Source of the DNA: Fibrobacterota bacterium
GTDB lineage: Bacteria; Fibrobacterota; Fibrobacteria; UBA11236
NCBI GenBank assembly: GCA_947482115.1
Contig: CANKII010000008.1
Coordinates: 17,182 to 49,181, forward strand
Length of the DNA stretch: 32,000 nt
Direction: 5' to 3'
Part shown: one piece after another, positions 7,474 through 15,479 of the stretch
Position numbering within the stretch: position 1 is the first letter of the stretch
How the letters are laid out: each line of letters starts with the position of its first letter
The notes under the pieces: model-generated
What the model was told of the DNA's origin: nothing
The model's input: only the letters and a program-made list of their open reading frames with translations
The model's database searches: none
Position numbers and translations under genes: made by a program

Positions 7474-8646
7474 TTAATGACGCTTGCGCGCCGGCTGCCC
7501 CCAGATGGACACCCCAACGACGGAGGCGGAGATCTTAATGTAGTCCTCGGTAAAAAAGGTATTTCCATCAAGGCTTCGGTGTCCATACTTCAAGCTGACA
7601 TCCAACGCGTGTCCGCGAGGACCGAGGGGAAGCCCAAGTCCCAAAGTTCCGTAAATTTCAGGTGTTTTTTGCAAATAAAGGAGATCGTAGCCCAATCCCG
7701 CCCGGTAGGTAATACGCTTGCGATAGTCTTCAAAAGGATTGTCCACTCCACGATATTCATAGCCTGCGCCCACTTTATAGGCCGGATTGAGCACTCCACC
7801 GCCCCCGCTCCAGTTTTCATAATAGACGTCCATCGCTGCGGTTTTCCGGTTCGAAATACGCCAGCTCGCTCCCGCAGCCAATGTCATTGGAAGCACTCGG
7901 CTCGTATCCGGAATGGAATCCGTCAAAAGTCGTGTGCTGTGTTCCTCACGTTTGGTGGTCAGGCGGGCTTGAGGTGTAAAAGAGAGGGCAACATCATAAC
8001 GTTTGGTATGCACCGTTCCGGAAAAGGTTGGATACATTCCCCAATTGTTCATTTCCAGAGTATCTCCGAAATTTTCCGCGTCTGGAAGACTGTCTGAAAA
8101 AGTTGCGGGTTGAATGAAACGATCATGACCCAGCACGACGTTCTCAGAAACTCCCAGCGAGAAAAAGGGCATGGGGGAATAAGCGTAGCTGATACCCAGC
8201 AGATAAAGACCGCCGTCGGCACTGAATCCCTGATGAGCGATTCCGGTATCGAGTAAAACTCCGAACTGGCGCTGATACGTTTGCTGGTAGTACAAACCAA
8301 AGGTGCCGATCTTCGGAGTTTTGATGAAGGTTGCCACTGTCGGCATGGCCGTCGTCATATTGTGGCTGGCTGAGGAATGATCGCGCACCCAGTCCATGTC
8401 GGTTTCAAGCGTGGCGGAGAAAGAAGTGCGATCGTAATAGGCCGACCGGCTGATGTTTGGCAGAAAGAAACCCTTGGTGGAAAGGGCAGCCATTCCGACT
8501 TCACCCATTCCGCGCTCACGTGATGCCATCTGGGCAATCGGCATTCCCTGTCCCTGACCGTTGGAGGAAAGGGGTGAAAATTCAGCGCGCACCAAACCCA
8601 CAGCGAGAGCCAGCACCAAGGTTCCTTTAAGCATGCCGCGCATCAT
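7474..8646 (-). CDS. Outer-membrane beta-barrel protein (FadL / PorV-like class, family not resolved)
   Basis: Signal peptide MMRGMLKGTLVLALAVGLVRAEF. After it comes an N-terminal segment RERGMGEVGMAALSTKGFFLPN like the hatch region of FadL/PorV-type barrels. The rest shows alternating amphipathic strands rich in Y/G (GLYLLGISYAYS, AAGASWRIS, AAMDVYYENW, YKVGAGYEYRG, YRAGLGYDLLY, LDVSLKYGH). The start overlaps the stop of the upstream lipoprotein gene by 4 nt (ATGA). Confidence 0.7.
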   Translation of the reverse strand: MMRGMLKGTLVLALAVGLVRAEFSPLSSNGQGQGMPIAQMASRERGMGEVGMAALSTKGFFLPNISRSAYYDRTSFSATLETDMDWVRDHSSASHNMTTAMPTVATFIKTPKIGTFGLYYQQTYQRQFGVLLDTGIAHQGFSADGGLYLLGISYAYSPMPFFSLGVSENVVLGHDRFIQPATFSDSLPDAENFGDTLEMNNWGMYPTFSGTVHTKRYDVALSFTPQARLTTKREEHSTRLLTDSIPDTSRVLPMTLAAGASWRISNRKTAAMDVYYENWSGGGGVLNPAYKVGAGYEYRGVDNPFEDYRKRITYRAGLGYDLLYLQKTPEIYGTLGLGLPLGPRGHALDVSLKYGHRSLDGNTFFTEDYIKISASVVGVSIWGQPARKRH

Positions 8647-10469
8647 GGGTTGCTCAAGGGATAGAGATAAACGTCCACCGTCACGCGCAGTTTTCCGTCG
8701 CTACCCCGGGGAAAGCCGACTTCACCGAGCACGGGATACAACACCCGCAAATAGGAACTGCCGTCACTGGCTGTCGTAGTGTCAAAGGCAAGACGATCCG
8801 CAGGTCTCAAAAACAACGCAGGTGTGACTCCGGTTTTCCGGTTCAACAAGGCACCCAATCCATGCGTAGCCCGCACCGTCAATTCAGAAGCTCCGGGCCT
8901 CCAGTAACGGGCCGCGAGATCCTTGAAAGTCGTTTTTTGCTGACCCGTGGTGCGATCCACAAAACCGTTGGACTCCACCGATCCGGAATTGAAATACACC
9001 TCCACCTTGGCCTGCCCCGCTTCGGGATAAACTCCAAGGGTGGCGTAACGCGTCCATCCACTATGCAGCGACAATCCCAGTTCATGCCGGTTTCCGTCGG
9101 CCGTCACATAGAGAGTGTCCCGGACGGTGGAATCATTCACCCAGCGAAGCACAATACGACGCAGGGTTGAATCCAACGGATTGGAAGGATTGGGAGCGTA
9201 GGAGCAAATCAAGGTGTCCGCAGATTGGGTCGAATAGGATGTGGAACTGGATGGCAAAGCGTACAGTTTCAGACTGCTTCCCAAGGCCACAGGGATCAAA
9301 GCTGCCGTGGATTGGGGATCCAGCCCACTGTCCGATTCGGATACCATTTGCATGTCCAATGCGAAAGGGCCGTCCACATGTGTGCGTGGATCGATTTGAT
9401 TCGTCGCATTTACAAGGGGCAAATGAATTTCGGCATAGGGCACATAAAAACGGGTGTCGTACTTGCCGGTAGTTGAAGCGGGAAAAGCGGAACCCAAACG
9501 CGCCTGAATGCTGTCCAACAGCCGGTTCCGGTTTAAACGCAGATTGATTCCACGCGACACTCCGAACAACAAAGTTTGATTGTCCCCGGTATGTGTGACT
9601 TGATAATTCACCGAAGGAAGGCCACTGGCCGTGTAGGGAGCGAGCAAAGTCGGAGTATTGCCGGCACCTTTGGAATAAGTTCCCAACAAAAGTCCGGGGC
9701 TGTATACCGTGCCGCCGGTTCCCGTGAAACGGAACAGGCCGGAATCCGTGCCGCCCTTTAGCGGAGAAATTTCGAGAAAGACTTGCCACTGATGCGCGGT
9801 ATCGCTTTGACGGCTCAAACGCTTCTGAAGATTTTTCAAAGCGCAAACCTGTATCGAATCCCGTGCTACAGAATCAAAAGCTTTGGCCAAGGCTATGCGG
9901 GCGGTGTCCTTGACCTTAAAAGTCGTGTCGAAAGTTGAAAACGAGGTGTAAGAATTCAGAATGCGGCGGTGAAACACGCCCAACGAATCATTGTACTTCC
10001 CACCACCGGTGTCATTCCACGCGAAGGCTTCGATGAGCAACGAAATGGAATCATGCCCTTGGGTGGAGGTTCGCAGGAATGAAAATCCTTTGAGAATGGC
10101 TGGCACGGCCACCATACGCAAATTCAAACCTTTGGCGATGCTGTCTCGCTGGGTCTGAACCGTGATTTGAAATCCCATCCGAGCCGTAGCTCGATAGCCG
10201 CGTTCCCGGCCCACCACGAGCAAGGTTTCTCCGAAATGATTCAGGGGAAGTTCGGTGCCAAACGCGCTGTCCAAAGGAAAATCCTTGAAGATGTAATGCT
10301 TCAAAGGCGTGGAGAGTTGGACTCCCCCATTCTGGATGTACCCTAGCCCCGTTTGATCCGGACCGTCGCTGATGCAGGCCCACAACAAAAACGCCCCCAA
10401 CACAAAGGGAAGCCCCATAAGAATACGGGAACGGGATGGACCTGAAAGGCGGAAGCGAGGGAAAGTCAT
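8643..10469 (-). CDS. Large lipoprotein of unknown function (possibly DUF4270-like)
   Basis: Lipobox LLWAC preceded by a basic n-region and hydrophobic core: MTFPRFRLSGPSRSRILMGLPFVLGAFLLWAC|ISDG. I favour the start at 10469. The alternatives at 10418 (no charged n-region) and 10553 (overlaps the thrC start) seem less likely. The mature part is Ser/Thr/Gly-rich with no catalytic motif I recognise. The early LG...FG...LVVG layout recalls Bacteroidota DUF4270 lipoproteins, but this is weak. Confidence 0.7.
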   Translation of the reverse strand: MTFPRFRLSGPSRSRILMGLPFVLGAFLLWACISDGPDQTGLGYIQNGGVQLSTPLKHYIFKDFPLDSAFGTELPLNHFGETLLVVGRERGYRATARMGFQITVQTQRDSIAKGLNLRMVAVPAILKGFSFLRTSTQGHDSISLLIEAFAWNDTGGGKYNDSLGVFHRRILNSYTSFSTFDTTFKVKDTARIALAKAFDSVARDSIQVCALKNLQKRLSRQSDTAHQWQVFLEISPLKGGTDSGLFRFTGTGGTVYSPGLLLGTYSKGAGNTPTLLAPYTASGLPSVNYQVTHTGDNQTLLFGVSRGINLRLNRNRLLDSIQARLGSAFPASTTGKYDTRFYVPYAEIHLPLVNATNQIDPRTHVDGPFALDMQMVSESDSGLDPQSTAALIPVALGSSLKLYALPSSSTSYSTQSADTLICSYAPNPSNPLDSTLRRIVLRWVNDSTVRDTLYVTADGNRHELGLSLHSGWTRYATLGVYPEAGQAKVEVYFNSGSVESNGFVDRTTGQQKTTFKDLAARYWRPGASELTVRATHGLGALLNRKTGVTPALFLRPADRLAFDTTTASDGSSYLRVLYPVLGEVGFPRGSDGKLRVTVDVYLYPLSNP

Positions 10470-10515
10470 AAGGAGAGGTGCAAATATACCAAGCCATTTA
10501 CCTAAATTCCGCATC

Positions 10516-11841
10516 ATGACGATGTTTTCCGCACAATTCCGAGGTTCTCGCACCGGTAATGCCTATTCCCTTGACGAAGTAATCTATCGCGACGAGTCGG
10601 GAGGCCTGCTCGAAGTCGAGCATGACATGGATGCTTTACGACAGCGTTCCGCTTCCGACTGGAAAAAACTGTTCGAGTCCCGCAGCGGCGCCCATCAATG
10701 GCCTTTTGCCTCCGGAGTGTGGGGCAAAAAGGAATGGTTGCTTCCCGGAATCGCGGATGAAGACATCGTGTCCCTAAACGAAGGATGGACCAATCTGTTC
10801 TTCGCCCAGCGCCTCGGTGCGCATTTAGGACTAAAAGATTTGTGGGTCAAATTGTGCGGCAACAGCCATACCGGTTCCTTCAAGGATTTGGGAATGACTG
10901 TGCTGGTATCCCAGGTGAATCGCATGCGACGGCTCGGCGTTCCGATTCAGGCCGTGGCTTGCGCCTCCACCGGTGATACTTCTGCGGCTTTAGCAGCCTA
11001 TTGCGCAGCAGCGGGAATTCCTGCGGTGGTCTTTCTGCCCGGCGGCAAGATCAGCGTGGCACAGCTCATTCAGCCCATTTCCAACGGCGCAGTAGTGCTT
11101 TCGCTCGATACGGATTTTGACGGTTGCATGAAGGTGGTTCAGGAAGTCACGCAGGACAAGAGCCTGTATCTGGCCAACTCCATGAACTCGCTACGCATCG
11201 AAGGACAGAAAAGCATCAGCATGGAAATCTGCCAGCAATTCGGCTGGGAAGTTCCCGATCTCATCATCATCCCCGGCGGCAATCTCGGCAATGTGTCCGC
11301 GCTGGGCCGCGGTTTTGACATGATGCTGGAACTCGGATTGATCAACAAGAAGCCGCGCATCGTCGTGGCTCAAACGGCCAATGCCAATCCTCTCTATCTC
11401 GCCTACAAACGCGGTTTTGATAAACTGGAACCCGTGCAGGCGAAAAAGACAGAAGCCTCTGCGATTCAAATCGGCAATCCGGTAAGCTATGATCGCGCAG
11501 TGAAGATTTTGAAGAAATATGACGGTGAAGTCTATCAGGTCAGCGAAGAACAACTCGCCGACGCGGCACATCTGGCGGATACCACGGGTCTGTATTGCGA
11601 TCCGCATACAGGCGTGGCTCTCGGAGCCTTGTTCCAGATGGTGGAGCAGAAAAAAGTTTCAGCCAACGATCGGGTGGTCATCATCTCCACGGCGCATGGT
11701 TTGAAGTTTTCGGAATTCAAGACGAAGTATCATGAGAAAAAACTGGAAGGCGTCACCTCGCGCTATGCGAATGAAATCATCCATTGCGCCCCGGATGTGG
11801 AGAAGGTCAAGGCAGCGTTGTATGACAGGTTGAGGAAGTAA
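10516..11841 (+). CDS. thrC: Threonine synthase
   Basis: HTGSFKDLGMTV (PLP-lysine motif), CASTGDTSAALAAYCAAAGIPAVVFLP, IIIPGGNLGNVSA, and overall length and layout typical of ThrC. I chose the start at the ATG at 10516 (MTMFSAQFRG...) because the 10372 extension overlaps the divergent lipoprotein gene. Confidence 0.93.
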   Translation: MTMFSAQFRGSRTGNAYSLDEVIYRDESGGLLEVEHDMDALRQRSASDWKKLFESRSGAHQWPFASGVWGKKEWLLPGIADEDIVSLNEGWTNLFFAQRLGAHLGLKDLWVKLCGNSHTGSFKDLGMTVLVSQVNRMRRLGVPIQAVACASTGDTSAALAAYCAAAGIPAVVFLPGGKISVAQLIQPISNGAVVLSLDTDFDGCMKVVQEVTQDKSLYLANSMNSLRIEGQKSISMEICQQFGWEVPDLIIIPGGNLGNVSALGRGFDMMLELGLINKKPRIVVAQTANANPLYLAYKRGFDKLEPVQAKKTEASAIQIGNPVSYDRAVKILKKYDGEVYQVSEEQLADAAHLADTTGLYCDPHTGVALGALFQMVEQKKVSANDRVVIISTAHGLKFSEFKTKYHEKKLEGVTSRYANEIIHCAPDVEKVKAALYDRLRK

Positions 11842-11880
11842 CGCTCATCTCGATACGCCCTCGGGGCTACTCGATGAGCG
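11842..11880. terminator. Imperfect stem-loop between convergent thrC and a lipoprotein gene (possible bidirectional terminator)
   Basis: CGCTCATC (11842..11849) pairs with GATGAGCG (11873..11880). An inner GCCC-tcg-GGGC hairpin lies within. It starts 1 nt after the thrC stop. There is no clear U-tract on either strand, so it is not a canonical intrinsic terminator. Confidence 0.3.
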
Positions 11881-11924
11881 ACTCTTCATCATAAAACAAA
11901 GAAGCAATGACTTGAAGTTCGCAT

Positions 11925-12410
11925 TTATTTCTTGAATTCAGTTTTTTCCAAATCCTCAATTTGATATTTAAAGATCTCCCGCTGACCGTGGATGGCGCCC
12001 ACAATCGCACCAATCGGCCCGACGATCACACCTGTAAGGAATAAACTGCCTCCTCCGGATTTTTCAAGATCCTGCAGGGCGAAGGGCAGGCTAATTCCAA
12101 AAGCGATTCCATAGCCCTCCAAAGCACCCTGTCCGCGGTGAATCTTGGTGTATTCAAATCTGGAGATACTACTCAAGGGAATGAACAGGATTCGCCCCGT
12201 TTCCGAGAGCATGTAATAAACCGTATCCACATTCACTTGCAGAACGCTTCCCGAGACCCGATCTCCCGCCCGAAAAGACACCGCGCCATCCAGATGCTTT
12301 GAATCATTAAGTGCGTCGCTTAACGCATGCATATCCGCTATACGCGCTTCGTGCATGGTCGAACAACCGACCAACATAAGCAAGGAAAGGATTACAGCTG
12401 CAAACTTCAT
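11925..12410 (-). CDS. Small lipoprotein with C-terminal glycine-zipper-like segment (paralog of the upstream gene)
   Basis: MKFAAVILSLLMLVGC|STMHE lipobox. Central beta-rich block (RVSGSVLQVNVDTVYYML..GRILFIPLSSISRFEY). Gly-rich hydrophobic tail GVIVGPIGAIVGAIHGQREIFKYQIEDL. The start overlaps the stop of the upstream gene by 4 nt (ATGA). Confidence 0.75.
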   Translation of the reverse strand: MKFAAVILSLLMLVGCSTMHEARIADMHALSDALNDSKHLDGAVSFRAGDRVSGSVLQVNVDTVYYMLSETGRILFIPLSSISRFEYTKIHRGQGALEGYGIAFGISLPFALQDLEKSGGGSLFLTGVIVGPIGAIVGAIHGQREIFKYQIEDLEKTEFKK

Positions 12411-12976
12411 TCCGATTTTATCCTAGGGGCGACATTATTCAGTGTGTCGCCAATTTGATACTGGTAGATCTCGCTGTGTCCTACCAGCCCACCTACCAAT
12501 GCACCTGGCAAGGCCCCAACAACGGAAAAAAGTGTTCCCCCGATTATGGCAAAAGGTAGCACCTTGTGTTGAGGTACGCAAAAAAGATCATACATCTCAC
12601 AATGGTCAGGCGCTGTCGCATAAATCAGGGTTCCGAAAAATACCCCCGTAATTGCCGCGCCCCATGCGGCACCGTTCACAGCGGTTTCCCCACGCTTGGT
12701 CACTTTGATTACTTCCACACGGGCAATTTTGTCGACCGGGAAATTTAACGTCTCTATGTCTCCCGAATCGGTTTTTAAGAACTGAATGCTGTCCGCACCC
12801 ATTTCGAGGACGGAACCATTCATCCGGACCGAGTCTTTTAACACAAGCCTAACCTTTTCTCCTTTTAAGTAGCCAATAGTCTTATGGAAAGCCTGCGCGT
12901 CAGGCGAATTGATTTGATGTGTGGTCGAACATCCCAAGAGAAGCAAGGAAAGCAATAAACCCGCTGTTATTTTCAC
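12407..12976 (-). CDS. Small lipoprotein with C-terminal glycine-zipper-like segment (paralog of the downstream gene)
   Basis: MKITAGLLLSLLLLGC|STTHQ lipobox. Block RMNGSVLEMGADSIQFLK..GDIETLNFPVDKIARVEV. Gly-rich tail IIGGTLFSVVGALPGALVGGLVGHSEIYQYQIGD. It has the same layout as the 11925..12410 product. Confidence 0.75.
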   Translation of the reverse strand: MKITAGLLLSLLLLGCSTTHQINSPDAQAFHKTIGYLKGEKVRLVLKDSVRMNGSVLEMGADSIQFLKTDSGDIETLNFPVDKIARVEVIKVTKRGETAVNGAAWGAAITGVFFGTLIYATAPDHCEMYDLFCVPQHKVLPFAIIGGTLFSVVGALPGALVGGLVGHSEIYQYQIGDTLNNVAPRIKSE

Positions 12977-13093
12977 TTGACCCTCACTTGATAGCGAAGT
13001 CCTTAAAACCTCAAACTGTGGATTGGACGATGGATCGCTTCAAAAGGTAACGATCATGAACTGAATGGAATGGTTTTTTGTTTATTTCCAACC

Positions 13094-13669
13094 ATGAAAC
13101 GACTTTTACTCATCCTCCTTTGCTTTTTAACCCTCCCTCACGCTGCAAAGAAACCTTCTCCACATACCAAGGCCATCGCCCTGCTCAAAGAGATCAAGGC
13201 AAAAGGTGCCGAGGAGGTTTTAGCGCGAACGGAAGGCGAAATCGATCAGAAGCTGCCACAGAAAAATTCCGAATGGCAGGCAACCGAATGGGCGGCCATA
13301 TTGAAAGGTGTGGAAAGCGGGGATTCCCTGTGGATTGAAGTTGCGAAAAAACTTTTCGTTCCCGCCGTCGGCAGTCCCGCAGCGGATGATCTGGCCGCAA
13401 GCTTGGCGAAAGCATTACCTGTCGCCCCCACTCATGTGCTCACTTTAATCAAAGGTCTCGAAATCGATATCGGAAGGAAAGCCGCCAAATATTTCACCAG
13501 TGAAATCTGTTCCCCGACTTGTGGCAAGGATGAATTCGTCGCCATGTGCCATCGCGACACCACCGTTTTCAAAGCCCTGCAAAAAGTGCGGAATCGAAAG
13601 CTTGCATCGGAAAAAAAGCAGTGCCTCGATTTAATTCATGCACATCTTAAATTCATGACTCCTTCTTAG
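13094..13669 (+). CDS. Secreted, mostly alpha-helical protein of unknown function
   Basis: MKRLLLILLCFLTLPHAAKK signal peptide from the ATG at 13094; the ORF-track start is 13070. The sequence is non-repetitive and contains four Cys in the C-terminal half (CSPTCGKDEFVAMC ... QC). I recognise no family. Confidence 0.6.
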   Translation: MKRLLLILLCFLTLPHAAKKPSPHTKAIALLKEIKAKGAEEVLARTEGEIDQKLPQKNSEWQATEWAAILKGVESGDSLWIEVAKKLFVPAVGSPAADDLAASLAKALPVAPTHVLTLIKGLEIDIGRKAAKYFTSEICSPTCGKDEFVAMCHRDTTVFKALQKVRNRKLASEKKQCLDLIHAHLKFMTPS

Positions 13670-13826
13670 ACAGCCAAAAAGGGACACGTTTCCGCTCCCG
13701 AAACGGTTATGAAATAAGTGTAAAATAAATATAATTTAACTCTAAAAAATTCCAAATAAATAGGTTTTTTCATCCTTAAAACAACATGAACGCGCCACGA
13801 CGAAGACCTTCACCCAGCTTTGCGTC

Positions 13827-13855
13827 TTGACGATGGTCGAACCAGACGGTACTAT
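13827..13855 (+). promoter_or_regulatory. Sigma-70-like promoter candidate (TTGACG - 17 nt - TACTAT) upstream of the 14020 lipoprotein gene
   Basis: TTGACG at 13827..13832, a 17-nt spacer, then TACTAT at 13850..13855. It lies just downstream of a very AT-rich block (13708..13786). It would give a leader of roughly 155 nt. The call rests on a pattern match only, and FCB-group bacteria may use a different consensus. Confidence 0.3.
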
Positions 13856-14019
13856 CTGGCACGGTTCATCGCACTGAGTTTTTTGTTCGGCAATTTACTG
13901 TAACGCTGTCAGGCGTACGTCTGGGGCGTGAAGGTTTTGAAAGACTCTTTCGCTGACGCGTTTGCATTAAAAAACAAACCCGTGGGATGGTTCGCCATGC
14001 CCGCACGAAAGGGAAGATC

Positions 14020-15429
14020 ATGGAAAAATCACGCTCACCGCGCGGAGTATTCAGCATTGCACTATTAGGAATGACGATCCTCGGATTCGCACTCGTTGGT
14101 TGCAACCAGGAGCCGGGTTCCTCCAGCACCTCCGGATTTATTAGCCCTGTTGGAGCCAAGTCTTCGGAAAAAGACTCCATCAAAGCTGCCAATAAAGCCG
14201 TCAAGGATTCCATCAAGGCGGCGAAGTATGCCGCAAAGGATTCTCTCAAGGCTTTGTCCAAAGGAAAAAAACTCAGCTCCCAATCGATCATGGTTGGAAT
14301 CTCCGGGCCAACGACCTTCTTGCTTCAGGACAGCTCCTTGTGGAGCTTTCGCGACGATTGCGCTGCGCCTTATTTCAATATTCCCGGCATCGATTCGAGC
14401 AACTTTTTATTTCCGGACGGCTTGACTCTGGCCGATAAAATCGCCGTCACCGCCATTGATGAGAAGTGCATTTTCTGGAACGGTGGACAGCTCAACAGCC
14501 ATAATTGCAACGGAACCGTCATTTTCCCCCAGAATGAATCGGGGAACATAGATTCCAAGAAATGCTGGGAGATGCGCCCTGTTTATGCCGGGAAAGCGCC
14601 GGTTACGTTCAATATTACCGTGGCTTCTCAAAAGATCGAACTGGAAAAATCCAAGAGCAAGTGCGACTTCAGCAGCACAAATTCCGACGGTACACCCAAG
14701 ACCGCTACGATTACAGTCACCTTGATCGACGCCAATACCGGCGCCGTCATTCAGGTGGATCACCCTTCGGTCACTTACGTCAAGGGCGATAAAAAATCCA
14801 ACAATTGTCATTCCGATTTACACTACGAAGGCAACGGCGGCAGGATTGGCAATGCGAAGGAAATGCTTGAAGATGGCGACACCATGGATGGCATCACCAA
14901 GGATGATGATGACGACAGCAATGACGGAGACAAGGGTTGCAATAAAAAAGCCAAGTACGTCGTATCCCCAATCACCTATAACCTGGCTGCGGGAAGTTAT
15001 AAGATTCAGGTTGCAGGGATACTCAGCACCTCGACTGGAATCGTCGATCAAAGCTTCACAGGTTTGCGAAATGTGGTCATCGGCCCGGCTCCGAGCTGCC
15101 CGATTCCCCCTCCCCAATGTCCCTATTTTGATCCCAATGCTGGTGGCATTGCCTATCCCGACGTGAACGACAAAGTGGGTGTGTACGCAAATCATCCCGT
15201 AACAGTCACTCCCGGCATCACACTCACACCGGGTTCCTGCCATGCTTCCATTGAAGGACCGCATCCCGCGCTGCCGCTTGGGTTGACCGTTGATCCCTCG
15301 ACCTGCGCCATTTCAGGGACACCCACACTACCCACCATCGGCCTCGGTGGAACCGTTTATTACAAGGTGAGAGCTCAGAGCAGCTGCGGACCGGTCGCAT
15401 CTGTAATTGCCATCAACGTGGCACCTTAA
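14020..15429 (+). CDS. Lipoprotein with Cys-rich central region, acidic tract and a C-terminal putative-Ig-like module shared with the next gene
   Basis: MEKSRSPRGVFSIALLGMTILGFALVGC|NQEPGSS lipobox; an alternative ATG lies at 13987. AAGGGAAG lies upstream of the start. KDSIKAA-type heptad-like repeats follow the lipobox. Acidic tract TKDDDDDSNDGD. The C-terminal 103 aa (15118..15426) include GITLTPGSC..LPLGLTVDPSTCAISGTP..YYKVRAQSSCGPVASVIAINVAP, reminiscent of the LP-x-GL-x-x-D-x-x-T-G-x-I-S-G-T-P putative Ig domain. Confidence 0.8.
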   Translation: MEKSRSPRGVFSIALLGMTILGFALVGCNQEPGSSSTSGFISPVGAKSSEKDSIKAANKAVKDSIKAAKYAAKDSLKALSKGKKLSSQSIMVGISGPTTFLLQDSSLWSFRDDCAAPYFNIPGIDSSNFLFPDGLTLADKIAVTAIDEKCIFWNGGQLNSHNCNGTVIFPQNESGNIDSKKCWEMRPVYAGKAPVTFNITVASQKIELEKSKSKCDFSSTNSDGTPKTATITVTLIDANTGAVIQVDHPSVTYVKGDKKSNNCHSDLHYEGNGGRIGNAKEMLEDGDTMDGITKDDDDDSNDGDKGCNKKAKYVVSPITYNLAAGSYKIQVAGILSTSTGIVDQSFTGLRNVVIGPAPSCPIPPPQCPYFDPNAGGIAYPDVNDKVGVYANHPVTVTPGITLTPGSCHASIEGPHPALPLGLTVDPSTCAISGTPTLPTIGLGGTVYYKVRAQSSCGPVASVIAINVAP

Positions 15430-15479
15430 AAACTCGCCGCATATTAAACGACACTGCACGATCTTGTGAAAGGGAAAAC

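Noticed and set aside
7128-7538. 136-aa plus-strand ORF rich in Phe/Ala (FFFAAFGATTLAAAFFVFFAATFGFAAGF)
   Set aside because: It is the mirror image of the Lys/Ala-rich tract of the DUF4912 gene (AAA/GCN codons read antisense as TTT/NGC). It is a compositional artefact.
13866-14291. 141-aa minus-strand ORF spanning the leader and start of the 14020 lipoprotein gene
   Set aside because: It overlaps a gene with a clear lipobox and ribosome-binding site on the other strand. Its repeats (ALMESL...ALMESF) are the antisense image of the KDSIKAA repeats.
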